From the NCBI RefSeq assembly GCF_009914755.1, contig NC_060926.1: a stretch of DNA of 64,000 nucleotides; one strand, given 5' to 3'. Made by a program: the position numbers and the translations under genes. Below the pieces are notes generated by a model. The model did no database searches. It saw nothing but the letters and a program-made list of their open reading frames with translations, and was not told the DNA's origin. Below are positions 1-14,229 of this stretch, piece after piece (the first letter of the stretch is position 1; the number at the start of each line of letters is the position of its first letter). The stretch is from the human T2T-CHM13v2.0 reference genome, Homo sapiens.

Positions 1-899
1 TCCAGCCTGTGGGCATCAGGGGAAGAGTGGGAAGGAGGAGGTGAGGCGAGAGCATGTCTGAGTAGCTGACTGATGTGGAGCCAGCCTTTGTGGCCGAGGT
101 GGCCCTGAAGGAAGGTGAGGGGCAGGGAGAAGAGAGTACCTACGTGTCCCTGACTCCTGCCTGACTCTGTGGCTCAGGGGCAGTCAAAGTGGTTAGCGAC
201 CCGGGACATACCCGGGACAGTCAACTGGGGCCGCCCAGCAGGCTGTCCAGAGTAAAAGCAATTCCCAGTCATTGGGGTCATCTGGAGATCTATGTTAGAG
301 TCTCCAGACTGGGAGCCCCTGCTGTAGTCCTCGGGCTGTTCCTGTCTCAAATCTGTCCAGCCACTCGGTTGCTTTTGTCACTATTTATGTGAAAAGTTTT
401 GGCTAGCCTGGATTTTCTTTTGTTTCAGCATTGCCCACAAACACCAATGTGGAATTAATCTGGAAAAGGCATCCCAATCTTTACCAGAGTTGAAAGTTGA
501 CCTTTTCAGGCAGCTCATATGATTACTTTTAGAAGCACTGTCAACATGCATTTTCCAAAGAAATGCATCAGAGACAGACTAGGTAGGTGAGTCCTGCCTC
601 CCTCCCAGCAAGATCCCACAGTCTGCACATTCTTTATCTCTGTCTTCACCTGCCAGGCTGAGGGTGAAGGCCTTTTCTTCTACCATTAGGGATGATGGAG
701 AACAGCTCTCTCCGTTTATTTAAAAAATATCCTGAATATGCTTTAATTAATCACTCTCAAAGATTTCTCTCCTCCAGACAAAATAAACCTAGGTTCATCC
801 ACTCTTGTTTGTTATTTCTAACCCTTTGGTCACCTTAAAGGGCCACCCTGACCTTAGCGTAGTAGGAGAGGGGTTATGGACATGGGCTCTTGTTCTATC

Positions 900-1005
900 C
901 CATTCTTACTGGGTGGCCTTGTGCAAGTCATGTGGCCACTGCAGCCTCAGTTTCTCCAGTATTACCTACACCATGGGGTCATCCGAGGATTCAGTGAGAC
1001 AGTTT
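900..1005 (+). mobile_element. MIR fragment
   Basis: gccttgtgcaagtca...gcctcagtttctcc...gaggattcagtgaga resembles the MIR core. Confidence 0.6.
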
Positions 1006-1764
1006 CTCTAGCATGCTCCCCATCGTACCTGCTTTTAGCAGCCAGTAAATACTCTCTGTTACTCTCATTCCCCACTTTGCACTTAGAATCAGTCATAACT
1101 GTTTAGTGAGGTACTGATTAGCACTGCTAATATTCTGAATGCTTGCTTAAAATAGAAAAGAGTTACTTTCTATGAGACTTTGCATTTTTTAAAGCTGATT
1201 CTTTTTTAAAAAAATTAGACATCACTCTTACAGAATAATAAGATGGAATGAATCCGTGATGTTATCTACATGATGAGGCCAGTATGGCACAAAAGCAGTG
1301 AAGTCCCTGAAAATACCAGCCAAATTTCACCTGAGCATATATTATAGAGCTTTAAAGTACCTAGAAGAGAAAAACCGCTTCTTTCCCAGCTTCTTTGCCT
1401 CCCAGGCACCACATCACCACAGAGCAGCCAAAACAGAAACCAGATCAGGCCATTCATTTGCTTCAAGGTACGTTACACATGTATGTGCTACCGGGCTTTG
1501 CAGCACTGGGCTCTGCCTGGCTCTTCCCCCATCACCCCATTGTACCATTCTGCTCCTTGCTCTCTTCAAATACATCAGCCCACTTTCCAGCAGACCACGT
1601 GCTTCCCAGCTCAAGGTTTCACGCTTTTGGTCACCTCTGCCTGCAGTGCCCTGCCGCTGCTCTTCCCGCTGCTGGCAAGCCTCCAGGCTTCTGCTCTGAG
1701 GTCACATCCTGGGAGCCATCCTCCTTGACCCGCATATCACAACACTCAGAGGAGTCATCTTTGT

Positions 1765-1920
1765 TTTGATTGGTTGTTTATTGCTTGTCTCTCTCCACTC
1801 CCTCAGAATGAAAGCTTCGTAAAGACAAGGAAACTTGTGGCTCATCCCTGCTGGGTTCCCAGTGTTTTTGAACAGTACTTGGCACATGGAGGATTCTCAG
1901 TCAATATCTGTTGAATAAAG
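1765..1920 (+). mobile_element. L2 3' end fragment
   Basis: agaatgaaagcttc...cttggcacat...tcaatatctgttgaataaa. Confidence 0.55.
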
Positions 1921-2169
1921 CAGTAAGACGAGAAACCCTAAATTTGTAAAACTGTAAGAAAGATGTTTAGTTGTGTGGGGCAGAGGGCTGATTATGCCAG
2001 TGTTCATGAGGATGTGGTAATTAATGCTGAGCAGAGTCTGAAAGAGAGCTCTCAGCACTATGGCTATAAGAAGGAAAATAACGTTTCTCTGCTCACAAGA
2101 GATGGGAATCACCTCAGTTGCAGAAATTTTAGATTTTGGTGGTTCTAGGTGAATTGGATATCTGTGATC

Positions 2170-2380
2170 GAGAGTCTTTAATGGTGGGAAATCATGAGCT
2201 CTGAAATCAGACCCTCCTGCCTCTCCTACTTATCGCTGTGCGACTATTATGTGTTGTCTCTGAACTCTGATTTCTCCATCTGTAAAATGGATATTATAAT
2301 GCTAACCTTGGAGCACTGCTGTGGAGATTCATGGTAGTCTCTGCCTGGCACTTGGACCTGTTCAATAAGTGGCAGCTTTA
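2170..2380 (+). mobile_element. MIR
   Basis: tctctgaactctgatttctccatctgtaaaatggatattataat core. Confidence 0.65.
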
Positions 2381-3129
2381 ATTTTGGAGTAAAATTTTAA
2401 AAATTCTATTAATTCAAAATGTGACATGAAAAATCCAATTTAATTAAACAGCTATTAATGTAAGCACTTTTAATACTTATCATAAATGCTGCAGGGAATC
2501 CAAAGATGGGTAAGATAGAAAACATGTCCTTAAATAACTAAAAATCTATAAAAGGGTAAGATAAGTTATAATGTTAATAACATATGTGCAATTTGTAATT
2601 TGCAATTTGTAAAGTAATTTTATATGCCTTTTATTATTTGTTCTCACAACTACCATGTGAAGCCAATGTAATACGTGCTTTGTGACCCTGTGCAAGCCAT
2701 GGACATCTCTGAACCTGACCTTGTCACTTGTAAAATGAAGAGTGGCAATTACATTAAAGAATAGTTGTCAGCAATCTATGTTATGCCCCAGGTAAAACAT
2801 AGGGTCTAGCATACAAGAGTCAGTCAAATATATTAGCCCTCTCTCACCCCAGTCTCTAACTCTGGATCCTGCATTTTTTCCATGACATGGTGCTTCCAGA
2901 GGAATGGGTAGTGTTTTGACAGATAACACGGTCAAATCATTGAGATGGCATTCTAGTTAGAGGGAATCGTCAGAGCAGTGAGGTCCAGTAGAGAAGGACA
3001 TTCCTGTGGGGATTGGTAGGTCTGCTGTTGCACTAGGGGGATCATATACCATAGAGCATCCTAGCAAGCTCTTTTAGTTGCTGGGCCAGAGGCAGATGGA
3101 TTTGGCAAAGGATGTGGAGCACATTGGAG

Positions 3130-4080
3130 AAAAGACAGACAAGTGGATCACTTAGAAGGCCCTTGTACAAGTCTAGGCAAAAAGTAGTAAGAATAGTTGA
3201 GACACAAAATGAGATAGATCAAAGAAATGAATGACCACTCTGTGGCAACTGATTGCATGATGGTGGTGAGGGACAACTGTGGGAGAGATAGCTCTGAGCT
3301 TTTTATCCTGGATGACTGGGGATAGTGAAAGGAAGAGGTGGAGGAGAAGGAGGCAGAGAAGACAGGCAGTAAGCTCTCTTTTCAACATATATTGTTTAGG
3401 GTACTTGGGGACATCTAATTGGAGGTTTTAATTAGATAGTTAACAATGTGGGTTTGGGACTCAGAGTTCAGGATGGACTTTGTTCGTCTTCTGCCTACAG
3501 CATGTGGCTAAAACTACAGGAATGTTTGTGCCTTTCCATGTGAGAGAGTATGGAAACGGAAGGTGCAAAAGAGAAGAGAAGAGGCCCAGTGAGAGATCTG
3601 GAGACATTCTTAAATTTGGAATTGGCAGGAAGGAGAAAAAGAAAAATTGGCAGTGACAGAGGAAAAGAAGGGGTCAAAGAGGAAGGAAGCTGAGCCAGAG
3701 AATGCAGCATCCAGGGGGGCTGCTGAGCAGAGTTTCCACAAGGCCGGGCTGGTGCACAATTCTACCCTTGTGAATATTGAGGATATTGCAGACCATCAAA
3801 GTGTCTTAGAATTGAAGATTAAGAGGCCATGAAGCCCTTTAAGAAGGCAGATGAATGAGAGCAAAAATTAGGTGGCAGGATGTGATGGGAGGGGTAAGGA
3901 AGTAGAGGCATGAGAAGACCAACCTTCTAAATAGTTTGATAGAGAAAGGGGTTAGAGCTGGGGCAGTAGTTTGAGGGAGGACAAAGAAAAAACTTAAGAG
4001 AATAAGAAAACATAAGCATGCTTTACATTGAAAGAAAGGAGCCTGTGAAGAGGTGGATATTGGAAGGAAATCTTGGATGA
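3130..4080 (-). mobile_element. Degraded L2 segment
   Basis: Purine-rich, with gggacatctaattggagg and gaattgaagattaagagg, typical of antisense L2; boundaries approximate. Confidence 0.45.
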
Positions 4081-4811
4081 ACCCAGGGCTCCCATCTTAA
4101 GGGAGAGGGTGCCAGTAAGTGGCCCTTCAGTACCTGAGCCTTGGTGTATATTAAACAATTATTACCCTAGATTGCTGGGCAAAAGCTGCTTTGGATAGTA
4201 GGTTTAAACTATTATCTGCTGGCCCATCCTAGGCTAGTTGTGAAGGAAATGACATTTGCCTGTGGTGCCATCTCCCTCATCACACTGATTTTTCCTGCTT
4301 GGCTTGGGAAACCCTTCCCTTCCTCCTGCCCCTCCCTCTTTCCTCCCCATCCCAACTTCACTGCTTAGAAATGAACAATTGGTTTATCTTGGTTCTATTA
4401 ACTAACGAATCTGATAAGCTAATTGCTGCTCCTAGCAGAAGATTAGAGGGCTATTTTTGATAAATTAGCCTTCTGGAATCATAGTCTTCTTTTAAAAGTT
4501 ATTGAGTCCATTAGTGGTTCAAATGGTGGAACTTCAAGTCAGGAAGCAGGGGCAGGGGCTGGCAGAAGGAAGTGTTGGGAGAGTTTGTTCTTCAAATTCC
4601 ACATGTGTGTGGCCACCCAGCTCTTCCAATACCTAAGCGTTGAAAAATATGGTACCCTGTCCTCCAACTAAAATTAGAAATCTTTTAAAAGATGCAATGC
4701 TTGTGTGTCAACTACACTCAAAATCACTTTTTAAAGATTTTTGGCTTATAAAATTGTGGCTGAATTCAGCAACAAAAAGTTTTTAAAGAAAAAATTCTAT
4801 GTGTGTATATA

Positions 4812-5102
4812 TGTTGGAGTCAGGGTCTTGCTCTGTGGCCCAGGCCTTAGTGCAGTGGCATGATCGTAGTTCACTGAAGCCTCAAATTATTGGGCTCACA
4901 TGATCCTCTCACCACAGCCTCCTGACTAGCTAGGACTAACAGGTGTGCACCACCACAACTGGCTAATTTTTAAAAAATATTTTATAGAGTTGGGGTCTTT
5001 CTGTGTTGCCTAGGCTGGTCTCAAACTCCTGGCCTCAAGTGATCTTCCCACTACGGGCTCCCAAAGTACTGGGATTACAGGTATGAGCTGTTGCACCTGG
5101 CC
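4812..5102 (-). mobile_element. AluJ-type SINE (antisense)
   Basis: cagggtcttgctctgtggcccagg...cctcaagtgatcttcc...gggattacagg...cacctggcc; diverged, with J-type features. Confidence 0.9.
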
Positions 5103-8031
5103 TGTATATATATTTTAGTGCTTCAAGTACTTCATCTGCCAGTTGGGCAACCCACCATTGCTACTGTGGGTCAAATGTCCCTTCTCCTGCATGACAACTG
5201 AGATGATGTACCCTGGGATGCATGAGCCTTGTGTAGCCCAAGTTCCAGATGGTCCATCTAGATGTAGTTGACTATTAAAGACCTATTTGGAGTTTGCATC
5301 CAGCAGCTCTCATTTATAGTGCTAGTGCACTATGTTTGAATGGGAGTGGCATGTTAAATACCCATTGTGATATAGACATCCTGAACTTAATGACTATTGC
5401 TAGTTTTGGTTAATGTAATTATACTCATTTGTGGAACATTTTCCTTGTAATTTATGGGAGTTATTTTATCCATAATATGTAGAAGCAAGCCATTGCACTC
5501 TAGGTTATATGGCATCATGTTCTAAACCCAAATGTGTGGAATTCTTAGAAAATCTATAGTTGAGGGAACAGTTACAAGATGCAATATGGTGTTATGGGTA
5601 GAAGGCTTGGCTGGGAACCAGAAATTCTGGATCCCAGTCTCAGCTCAAAGTTTTGCCTTCCACATGGCCATGGGAAGTTATTCTCCATTCCCAGAAAGTG
5701 AAGTTGATATTCTTGTCTGACCCCCAAAATCATGAGGAACAAATGGAACTGAGGGGCCTTAACTTATTATAAAAGTAAAATTGCTGCTCAATACATGGGA
5801 TAATTATAATTATGTAAGCTGTTTCTGAAGAGTGAAAAAAAGTTAACAAATGTTAATTCTATTGGCAGTAAATATTTGCAGTGTTTTTCAGAAGCCTCTC
5901 TATGCATCATACTTAGCCAAGTGAAGGTCTGGGGAAAGCTTTTGTTTTTGATTTTTTAACTAAAGGGAAGAGAACTTTACATGTGTCACCACGTGTTCCC
6001 ATGTTGGCAGCGCCATCATGAGACTCAGCGTAACTGGGAGAGGTTTGTCGAGCGGCAGTTTGACCGGATGGTACTGCACTGTGCCAGGAAGCCCCACCAG
6101 GGCGGTGTACCCCAGAGAGAAGGCTCAGTGCTATCCTTGTTATCTTCCATTTGGCGCAAGAGATCCTCCATTCTACCTTCTGTGAAATGGCTTTTTCACC
6201 TCCCATCCAGTGAAGAAGGTTTGTTTTTTTTTTCTTCAGACTTGACTTGGCAGAAAACTTGATCTGCTGAAATAACCATGGCAGCAATTTCTGCTCCTTC
6301 CTCTGAGTGCAGAGAACCCGGAGCTCTCTCCTGTTTACAGCTTACCTTCTCTCATGCTATAGGTCAAGGCAGAAGCCATTCTGACGGGAAATCACAGCAT
6401 TCCTTACCGCTCATTATTGTGATAGCTTGTTAGAGCCAGAACTATTCAACCTTTGACTTTACAGAGAGGAAGAGGCTTAGAAAATATAGGTAAATTGATC
6501 AAGGTCTCAAAGCAGGTGAGGGGCCAGTTTCTGGACTAGAACCAGTTGCCTGACTTTTCCTCCTACCCCCTGTAGGTAAGGGTACACAGCAATCAAAGGC
6601 GAAAGAGCTTGGGGGTGGGAGAGAAAGGAGTTCACTGTATTTTGATCTGAAATGAAAATCACATACACATAAGAACCTTATTTTTGAGGCACAGGTTCCA
6701 TTATTCTCTTTAACAGAAGTAACACTTCTGTCTTCTTTATGCCTGTTAGCCAGGCAATGATTCTGAATTTCTTCATTATCACTCGGGCAGTTTGCCTTCT
6801 CAGAATGTTCTTTTGTAGCTGTCTGTGATCTTGACAGTGTCTGTGTGTCCACACAGTGGGAATTTTGGCAGAAAGGAAAGAATTCTAGCCTGGTTTCCCG
6901 CAGGAAGGCTTACAAGATTCATTCTTGTGTGTTGCCTTTGTTCCTTCTCAATACGTGAAGTGGTTGGCATTGCCTTGGCAACTCCATTAGAAGCCAGTGG
7001 CTGCTTTGTGGACATTTGTTTCATTGCAGATTCTCCTGGGAGCAGCCTTGGCTTTGGCCGGAACTGGCACCAGCTGCTTTCCATGCCTTGGGGCATGGAG
7101 CCAGTGTGGGGAGGGGGAGGGCAATGTCCAGGGGCAGCTCTGGCTTAGCACTTATACTCCCAGTTACAGCGTCATCCCATGTAGACTGGGCAGGCAGTGG
7201 AGTGGAGAGGAGAATGGGGAGCTGGAGTAGAGGCTTCTGCTGACTGGAGATATCAGCATGGCCTTAGGGTCTCCCTGTGAGGCTGCCATTGCAAATGAGT
7301 AGACCCTGGAGAGGGTATAATGGTGATGGAAAAGAGCTGGTGGTCATTGCCAGGTATGGGATGTTTTGCCCCAATGTGCAAAGTGGGGTTTTTCCTGCCT
7401 TGGCAATTTGCAGGCCAGCTTCAGATAAATGGGAAGGTAGGTAATGGGGTAAAGAGGTAAAGGGGTGTAGAAAGACATAGTGACTTCAGGACTGCTAAAA
7501 TCTTGGTGGGGAGTAAGAATGGTGGGAAATACGTGAAGTTTCTGACACACTGGAGAAATACAGTGTGCGTCTCCTGTATCGTACACCATTTGAGAGTGGC
7601 ACCCTCCTCTAGCATCCCTGGGGCCCATCTGGCAGGTATTAGTCATCATTATGATCAACAGACATCTATTGAGCACCTGCCCTGCACCATTAAGGTGCTC
7701 TGCTAGGCCAGGGCCTTCAAGAGCCTTTGATGCTTCTAGAATTGTGTCAGTTAGAAACTGATAATTCCCTGGGTGGATGTGGCCCCGTGGGACCATTGCT
7801 TGGCAAGTGACCAGCAAGCATCCTTTTATGAAGGAAAAGGTGTACCCCCTTTCCAGGATAGTGTCCCAAAGCCCCAGCTTGTTGAATTTTAGCAAGGATT
7901 TCAATTTCCACTCAATTTGTTGGCTGAGCACCAACCAAATGTGATGGCTTCATATTTGACAGTGAAACCACCAGTCCAGATCTTTTAGGACCTACTGAAT
8001 GAAAGAACTTTGGGAGCAAAATGTCTTGAAT

Positions 8032-8500
8032 TTTGCCTTACTTGGGGCTCCCCCAGAAGCAGACCCTGAGGCAAGGATGGAAGTGCAGGTTTCTTTGGGA
8101 GATGATCCTAGGAAACACTGATGAAGAGTGAAGTGAGGCAGGGAAGCGAAGGACCCATATAGAGTGCGCCATCACGTGAGTTCCCACTAGGGGTAATGGG
8201 AGCCTCATCCCACTGGGGAGGTCTGGGTGCCAGTTTGGAATACATGCCTCAGGGTCACCCCTGCACTACCACCCCTGGGCATGGGAGCTAAAGTATTGAC
8301 CCCCCAACTCTTAATAGCCATTGACTAAGAACTGCTGGGGTTGGTACCCACAACATCCCTTTGGCCTGTTGCGGGTGACCAAGAGGGCTCCAGCAGCCAG
8401 AAAAGCCTTCAGGTAGAGAGATGCAGGAGCTGACCATGAGAAGTTAGACTAGCCAGGCAGAGAGATGCAGGAGCTGACTGTGGGAGGTTAGACTAGCTTA
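8032..8500. mobile_element. Ancient ERVL LTR (LTR16-like) with an internal 44-bp tandem duplication
   Basis: ctcccccagaagcagaccctgaggcaagga resembles an LTR16 terminus; duplication at 8410-8497. Confidence 0.5.
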
Positions 8501-9779
8501 CATGGAAGTGGTGGAGAGTGAGAGGATAGTCAGGCCCCTGACAGCATCTGCTGCAGGTCTGCCATTTGTATTTTCACAGAAGTTTCCAGAGTCTCCAAAG
8601 CTGTAACAGTAAAGCTGGTGAGTGTACAAGTGCCTGTACCAGACATGGCTCCTTGCCTTTTGTGAATAGACTTTATGAATGAACATTGAAATTTTGTTTA
8701 TTTTTAAAGAGTGCAGAGGATGGCCTTGAAACAGGGTAAATTTTTCTGGGGCTCTTGGAAATTAAATGGCCCCTGTGCTCTGTGGAGCTGAGCTCAGGAG
8801 TCACAGGCCTGGGGACCTGGAGGGGCCCAAGATGTGATTCAGCACTTAGGTGTCGTGAGGATAATAGGATGTCAAGTTCCTGAGCTGGTACATTGTGAAT
8901 GACCGTCACTTTTTCATTTCACTTCATTTAGGGGATAACTGCTTGGTAAGTTTAGTGTAATGCAAATGCCTGATGTAGGTTGGTCACCAACTTTTTTTTT
9001 TTTTAAAAACAGAATGACACTGACCACATCTTGAGCAAAACTCTTTGTTCATTGGACTAATTAATTTTGTATTTGAAAATAATTTGGAATTGATTGGGAG
9101 GAAAGCAGGGGGAAAAAAGGACCAGAAATTCAGGCTTATTGTTTCCTTGACGTTTGGAGAGAGCAAGTGATTTTAAAGTGGAACTTCTAGAGCACTGGAT
9201 AGGGAGGCAGGAGGTCTGGATGCGAGGCACACATCTGCTGCCTACCTAGCTGGCTGCACGCATGCCATCTACCCTCTCCTGATCTTTCTTTATTTATAAA
9301 ACATGCTGATGGGTTGAAATGACCTGGAAGGACCTTTTGGCTCTGAAAAATTATACAATTTTAAAAATAACTTCAACTTTCCATAGCAAGCCTTGCATCT
9401 GTCTTTCCCTAGCCTCTGATTGGCCTTTGCCCATTTTTAATTCCTTCTGTTGAAAGGAATGCTTGCCATTGCATGCCCTCTGCTTTTTTTAATTTTTTAT
9501 TTTTTTCCCCAATCTTGCCTTCTTCCCATATCTTCAGTTTTTCTTTCCTCAACGGTTTCATGTCAGCACTACCTTCATGGTTAACACTTTCTTGACTGCC
9601 ACAGGCTACAGTAGGGATCTCTGTCTTTTGTTACCTCATAATCACTTTGCTTCAGTCTTTCATATTAGTCTTAGCATGTGTTATTGCGGATGTCTCCTGC
9701 TTTTCTGGCAAATCATAAGCTTTTTAGGAAACCAGTACTCCGTAAAGGAAGAACCCTTGAAGTAAGGGCCTGGCAGTTA

Positions 9780-9900
9780 TTTCCCCTAAGTAATAGAGCA
9801 GATAATATGGCTTGGCCTTAGTTTTCCAGTTTGTAAAATGGGGATAATAATACCTAGCTCATAGAGTTCTTATGAGAATTAAATGGGCTAGAGTATAAAA
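9780..9900 (+). mobile_element. MIR fragment
   Basis: tgtaaaatggggataataatacctagctcatagagttcttatgagaattaaatg. Confidence 0.75.
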
Positions 9901-10869
9901 GGGCATGGGTCATCGTGGTTGGTGATGGTGTTGGTGACAGTGTTAAGGTGACAGCACAGGCTGAAAGAACTTGTCATTTCTGTACTTTCAGGAATGAAAT
10001 CATATAAGTGCCTGGAACACAGAGTTACTTATTGTTCTCCATAGTCAGTTCCTCTTCTGAATACAGTACTCCTCAGTGTCAGAAGGTAATTCCACAGAGT
10101 GAGTTTAAATCTCTCTGTGAAAATTTTAGCCTTTGCTTGTTTCTTTCTTGATAAAGAGAGCAGAAAAATCATTCAAATCATTGGCAGCCTTATGCTACAA
10201 TTCGTCGTCAGTCTTAGAGCTTGTTATTGGATTACTTCTTAATGATCTCTTCTTGGGGATAATTAATTTCACTTTCCTTAACATCCCTCCTGGTGCCCAT
10301 CTTCAAAACGTTTATGTGAATCTTTTGCTTTCTGTTGTCTCCCAGAGTAATATTCCTTCCAGGCTGGGAAACAGTTATTGGGTAATGGGTCAAATGTATT
10401 AATAGGCAGGCCATATGGTTCCCAGACACCTTGCATTCAACAATTTGATAGAGTTCTGGTGGTATGATTTTTTAAAAATTTAACTATAAAAGTGTAAGAA
10501 CCATCTGCTGTTATTTTTTGTATGTGATCCTGGTAAATTATTAATTTTAGTTATACTGCTCCTATGTAATTAGCACTGTTCCACATGCAGGCTTCAAGGC
10601 AAAGCTTGTATACTTTATTTTCAGTAGTAATGTGTGTGGAATGTGTGTGTCTCATCCAGATTCCCTTCATAAATTGAAACAGGTTTGCCTACATGGGGTT
10701 AGGACTTGGGATTTATATGGCTTCTGTTTTAGCTGGTAAAATGCTATAATTGTAGTGGTTAATTAGATTGATTGATAATTAGTCACATACTAACTACTAT
10801 GGAGCAAACTAATTCAGGTAATGTAATAGAGAGTGATACCTGGGTGGGGTTGGGGCTCCTAGGACCATG

Positions 10870-11730
10870 AAAACTTTCAGGGAAGGAGAAATTTGAATTG
10901 AGTTCTAAAGAGTAGTGATAAGGAGACAGGTAAATGAATATCTGCAGTGAGATAATTCTAAGGGAAAGGAAGAGTTAAGAGCAAAGGCTGTGAACTGGGG
11001 AATAAGCATCATACAGAGAAAAGTCCGTGGGGCCACACTGTAGTGAGATGGAGGATGATGCAGGCAGCTGAGGGCAAAGAGGGTCTAATCTAAGAATAAT
11101 AGGAGCCTTTGGAAGGAATTAGGCAAGGAATTGGTATCTGATTTACAGTTTTAGGAAGCTCATTTTAGCTGCTAAGTGGAAATTTGATAGTTAGGAGCGA
11201 GAATTAAGGAAGGGAGACCAGTCAGGAGGTGATAGCTGTTGTGTAGAAGAGACTAATGGAGAAATGATGGACTAAGTTTGCATGGTATAGATGGTGAGAA
11301 GTGATAGGGTTTGGGATATAGTTTGGATATGGAATCTATGGGACATATTGAATGGTTCTTAGTTTTCAGTCTGAGTAACTAGGTGATTGGTGGTATAGTT
11401 CTTACTCAGATATGGAGGGCTTGATGGCTCTTTTTTGGTCAGTTAAATTTGAGATGGCTCATGGACACCTAAATGGAAATGTCTAGAGGACATGTGAATC
11501 TGGATGTTAGAAGAGAGATGAAGGCTGAAATATTCATTTAAATTACATGTAACTCAAGAGTGTAGACAGAAAGGAGGCAGAGGTCTGGGTCTTGAATACA
11601 CCACCATTTAGAAGTTTGAAAGAAACGCCAGCAAAGGACATTGATGGAGGTAGCCAGAGAGGTTGGAGAGAGCCATGTGCTGCATAGACACCTGGAAGGG
11701 ACTCGTGTCTCCAGAAGGAGTGACTGGTGA
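10870..11730 (-). mobile_element. L2 segment
   Basis: gagaccagtcaggagg, ggtgagaagtga, ggacacctaaatggaaatgtc motifs; boundaries approximate. Confidence 0.55.
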
Positions 11731-13869
11731 CCTCATCATTAGGTTTCAAGTGTTAGTACCCAGAACCTGCATTAAATGTCATTTGAAAAGTGTATTCTGT
11801 AGCTGTAAACTCAGTGATGACTAGAGCAAGTTGGGCCCAGTGCATGCCTGGAGAAACCTTTAGCCATGGTGGAATAAAAAATGGGCAATCTTGCCTCCTT
11901 GGGGGCTACTGGGGAAGGGTCTTTGTTCAAGTCTCAATCAGGATTTGTGAGATTTTCATACCATTACTAAAGCAGCAAAGAGTAATTAGTGATTTTTTAA
12001 AATGGCAATTATCAATTATATATACAGCTGGTACAGCTATGCCCCAAGTCAGTTCTTTGAAAATATTCAATAACTAAATTCTGATCAATCTCTTCCGAGA
12101 CTTTAAGGTTGACCTAAAATAAAAGCCTATAACTAACTCAGTGCAAGACAGGACACATAAAAATATTTACATTTTTAACTACATAACGTGTTAATCCTGA
12201 CAAGATAGGTCTCATAACAAATCACTTTCTAAATTTTATCTTTTCTTAGTATCAATCATAATGACTTGAAGGCAACTTCTGTTTGGGAGTTAACTTTAGG
12301 TTATGAAGAATCGCTGTATTATCTGTTTGTCATTTGATAAATTATGTTATTTAAATGAGGAATAGAGATTTCTTGCTCTCTACTTCTCTTAAAGTGAAGG
12401 CATAATGCATTCTAATAAACATTTTAAACAGAAGGGCAAAACTGAGGAGTCCTTTCTTTTTTGTACCATGTGCTATAATTTAACAGGTCATTTTGTCTGC
12501 TGTATTAAGTGTATTTTCTCTAAAACCCAAAGCAGGATCAAGCTGTAAACAAGACGCTTTACTTTGGTGATTCTCATTGTTTGTATAAATAGGGGATTTG
12601 TTTTAAATTAAGCAAAGCTACATTTTTGTTCCAGAAAGTTCAATTGATAACAAATACCCAGACAAACTCTGCAAATATTTACTCTTACCTTTTACCTTAC
12701 TGACATTTAGTTGAATTTTACAAATAGATAAAGCTTAATAAGCATGTAGTAGGCTGATAGTTGGCAATAGACTGTGGTGAGGAATAGTCTATTGGTTATT
12801 CAACCAAATCCTTGATTCACTAACTGAAGGAAACTTACTGCAAACAAAACATCAGAAAATGTTCTATTTCTATAATTTTAGCAGAATGACTCTGGTTCTG
12901 CTGCTTTGCATCAAAACAAAATTTTATAGTAACTGAAAATTCCCTATTTCTCTAAGACCAAATGGAAGTAGCTCCTTTACCTGGCTGGTGCTATCCAGTT
13001 TTCAAAGAGTAAAGCTTAAGGGCTAGGATTTTATCTCCAGTTCAGCTCTACCCAAGTAATAAATAAGTAGAACATTAAGCCATTCTGACAGCTGTGTACT
13101 TACTTTGTGTGAAGGTTATAGGATGTAACAAGCCTTGCTCTTGGATCCCTCATGAGCAATTATCTTTTCGAGGAGTCCCACTGTCCTTGGGTGGTTCCTG
13201 GTGTCCAGAGCCACACATAGGAGGGGCACAGTGGGAGAAAAGGAGGCTCTTGGCTCTGCTCTCTCCTCCCTCTCATCTTCTGCCCTCCCCTCTGCTATGT
13301 GGGGAACATGAAGATGAAGGGCCTCCTGAGTGAGTCCGGCTGTGGAAGAGGGTGAGCATGATTGCCTCCTGCCTGGGCGGTGGTGGTAGAGAAGAGGTGC
13401 CCTCAGGATGGGTTCTCCTAGGGAAGGGGCTGTGTCTGTCCCACCCACCACTTCCCCAGCACTCAGCACTGTGCCTGGCACCTAAATGCCCAGTAACTCC
13501 TTATTAAGCATACAGTGATTGGGCGTCAGGGCACATATAATGCACGGTGGAGTTTCTTCCCTTACCTCTACTAGTTATTTCCTTGAAACACACACATTTG
13601 AGCATCAAACCAAATCCCAAGACCACACACCTGGGGAAATCTCTTGATTTACTCTACAGAAGGGCTCTCTTTGTCTTGGAAGCCTCAACCCAGTTAAAAC
13701 ATCACTTGTGCATGAGAAAGAAAACACAGGAATTCTTTTGGACACAAAGCAATAATATCTTTCTAATAAGAGCAGCTACTTAAATCTGTTTGTCCCATCT
13801 TCCCATTGGCTAACATTTAAGCACATCACCTTGGCTAACTGTGCCCTGCATGAATTGGCTCCTGATTTT

Positions 13870-14229
13870 CTTGCCCTCCAGTTCCTTGAACAAACCAGGC
13901 CCTTTGCTGTCTGCTGGGCTTCTGCCTAGGATGCGCTTCTACAGCTCTTCAGGAGCCTCCATCTTCCCGATCCTGTAAAGATACACTTAAGTGGTCCTTC
14001 TTCACCAGGCTTTCCTTGCCCTCTCTAGCATTCCCTCTGTCCCACTGTTTTAAACCTAGGCATTTTGCGTTTTCCTATGTGTTTGCTTTCTTGCTTATTA
14101 GCTATCTGCTCAACTTAATTGAATGATTCACAAGAGCAAGACTGTTTTGTGATTTTTTTTTTCAGCATCTAGCCCAGTGCCAGGCTCTGTGTAAGTGCTC
14201 AGTAAATATTTGTTTGAATGAATGAATGA
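13870..14229 (+). mobile_element. L2 3' end
   Basis: Ends gtgctcagtaaatatttgtttgaatgaatgaatga. Confidence 0.7.

Noticed and set aside
510-592. Pseudo-exon with ccttttcag acceptor and tandem gtaggt/gtgagt donors
   Set aside because: Short pyrimidine tract, frameshifting lengths (73 or 77 nt); such pairs are common in long introns.
7344-7934. 196-aa minus-strand ORF
   Set aside because: Non-ATG start, no recognisable domain, intronic; expected by chance.
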